This document shows, piece by piece, positions 63,013 through 64,000 of a DNA stretch of 64,000 nucleotides (position 1 is the stretch's first letter; the number at the start of each line of letters is the position of its first letter). Source of the DNA: Lepidodermella squamata (lineage: Eukaryota; Animalia; Gastrotricha); NCBI GenBank assembly GCA_047495785.1, contig JBLDXI010000001.1, forward strand, positions 868,001-932,000, in the 5' to 3' direction. Under the pieces are notes generated by a model. The model saw only the letters and a list, made by a program, of their open reading frames with translations. It was not told where the DNA came from and searched no databases. The translations under genes and the position numbers were made by a program.

Positions 63013-64000
63013 TTAACAAGCGCGGATGGTCCATTCAGACGGATCGTCGATCAACTGGACGCGGCTGCCACTGCTGCTAGTAGGGTGCTTCAAGAATCGA
63101 CGGTTGTTGCTATTCTTCAGGTAGATGCAGTCGTCGAATTTGATTTGACCTTTGCCGTTGTTGCATTTGATGATCTGCCAATGGAACTTGCTATTCGTGG
63201 TGTGACGAGCGTCACGGTAGTACAGCCAAGAGTGGTTCTCGAAAAGCCAGCGGCCGTTAGAGCTGATGAACACGTAATCGCCAGTCGTTATTTGTTTGCC
63301 ACGGCTGAGCCCCAAATGGACGAAGATGTGCGGGACGGGCGGGGCCTGGTACTGGCCCTCGTCGTTTGAACCAGGCGTTGAAAGGCCCTTGTTCGTGTTG
63401 CCGAGTAGGCATAATTGCGTGACGCCAGTCCAGATGTACGTATCGACAGGCTTCGGCGTCGTCACAGGCGTCGGGTAGGCCGGAGGTTCGCACGAGTCGA
63501 CGATGCCAGCAGCCTGGGCGTACACTTCGCAGTAATTCTCAAGAGCCATCGTGAGAGCAGCACGTTTCTTAGCCAGAACCGTCGCGTCAAAATCTGGGAA
63601 GTACTTGGGCAGCAGGACGTTGACAATCGACTGCAGCCTGGTGATTTGAATAGGCACGGGGTTGTCAAAGACTTGGCCGACCCACAACTCGGCCTTCTTG
63701 TCATCAGTGGTCAAGTTCGCTAAACAACGATGAAACAAATAGCTAGAAAATGCGTCATGAAAATAACTTACAGACAGCAGGTGGCTTGGATCCAATGGAG
63801 ATGGTTGCCCGGCTTGAGACCTGAAACAAAAAGTTGAACAAAGAAGTTAAATCATGCTAGTTGAACCTTTGAGTTGAACGTAGAGATGCGTTGTTCGAGT
63901 TCCGCTGTGGAGATACCCATCTTGGCAGCAACTGACACGAGACCGTAGGTTCCGGAAACTTCAGTAGCCAACTTGGCATCGGTGGCACGTTCTTGAAATT
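63013..64000 (-). CDS. Second MACPF gene copy (3' part; the 5' end is beyond the window)
   Basis: Essentially identical to 56621-57608. Confidence 0.88.

Overview
This is eukaryotic genomic DNA, most likely from a compact-genome invertebrate animal: introns are mostly about 45-60 nt with GT..AG ends, and there are no prokaryotic operon features. Contents from left to right: (1) a spliced tyrosine-recombinase (Crypton-like) gene cut by the window edge, then a small membrane-protein ORF; (2) a tandem pair of glutamine synthetase II genes, one canonical and one intact paralog that has lost the ammonium-binding residues; (3) a CYP3-clan P450; (4) eight same-strand, signal-peptide-bearing flavin amine oxidases of the polyamine/spermine oxidase type, interrupted by two copies of an unknown secreted-peptide gene and by an orphan 7TM receptor; (5) two LicD/fukutin-type transferases and a third peptide-gene copy; (6) a repeat-rich spacer with MITE-like inverted repeats and a tRNA-derived element; (7) a long F-BAR protein gene; (8) a secreted MACPF gene that is duplicated almost perfectly 6392 bp downstream. 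Between the two MACPF copies lies a decayed 3.5 kb TIR transposon with a RAG1/Transib-like transposase and a convergent Myb-like ORF. The best candidate for a new system is the remodelled GS beside the P450 and the secreted amine-oxidase array, which may form an animal amine gamma-glutamylation/oxidation cluster. All calls come from reading the sequence by eye; no database searches were run.
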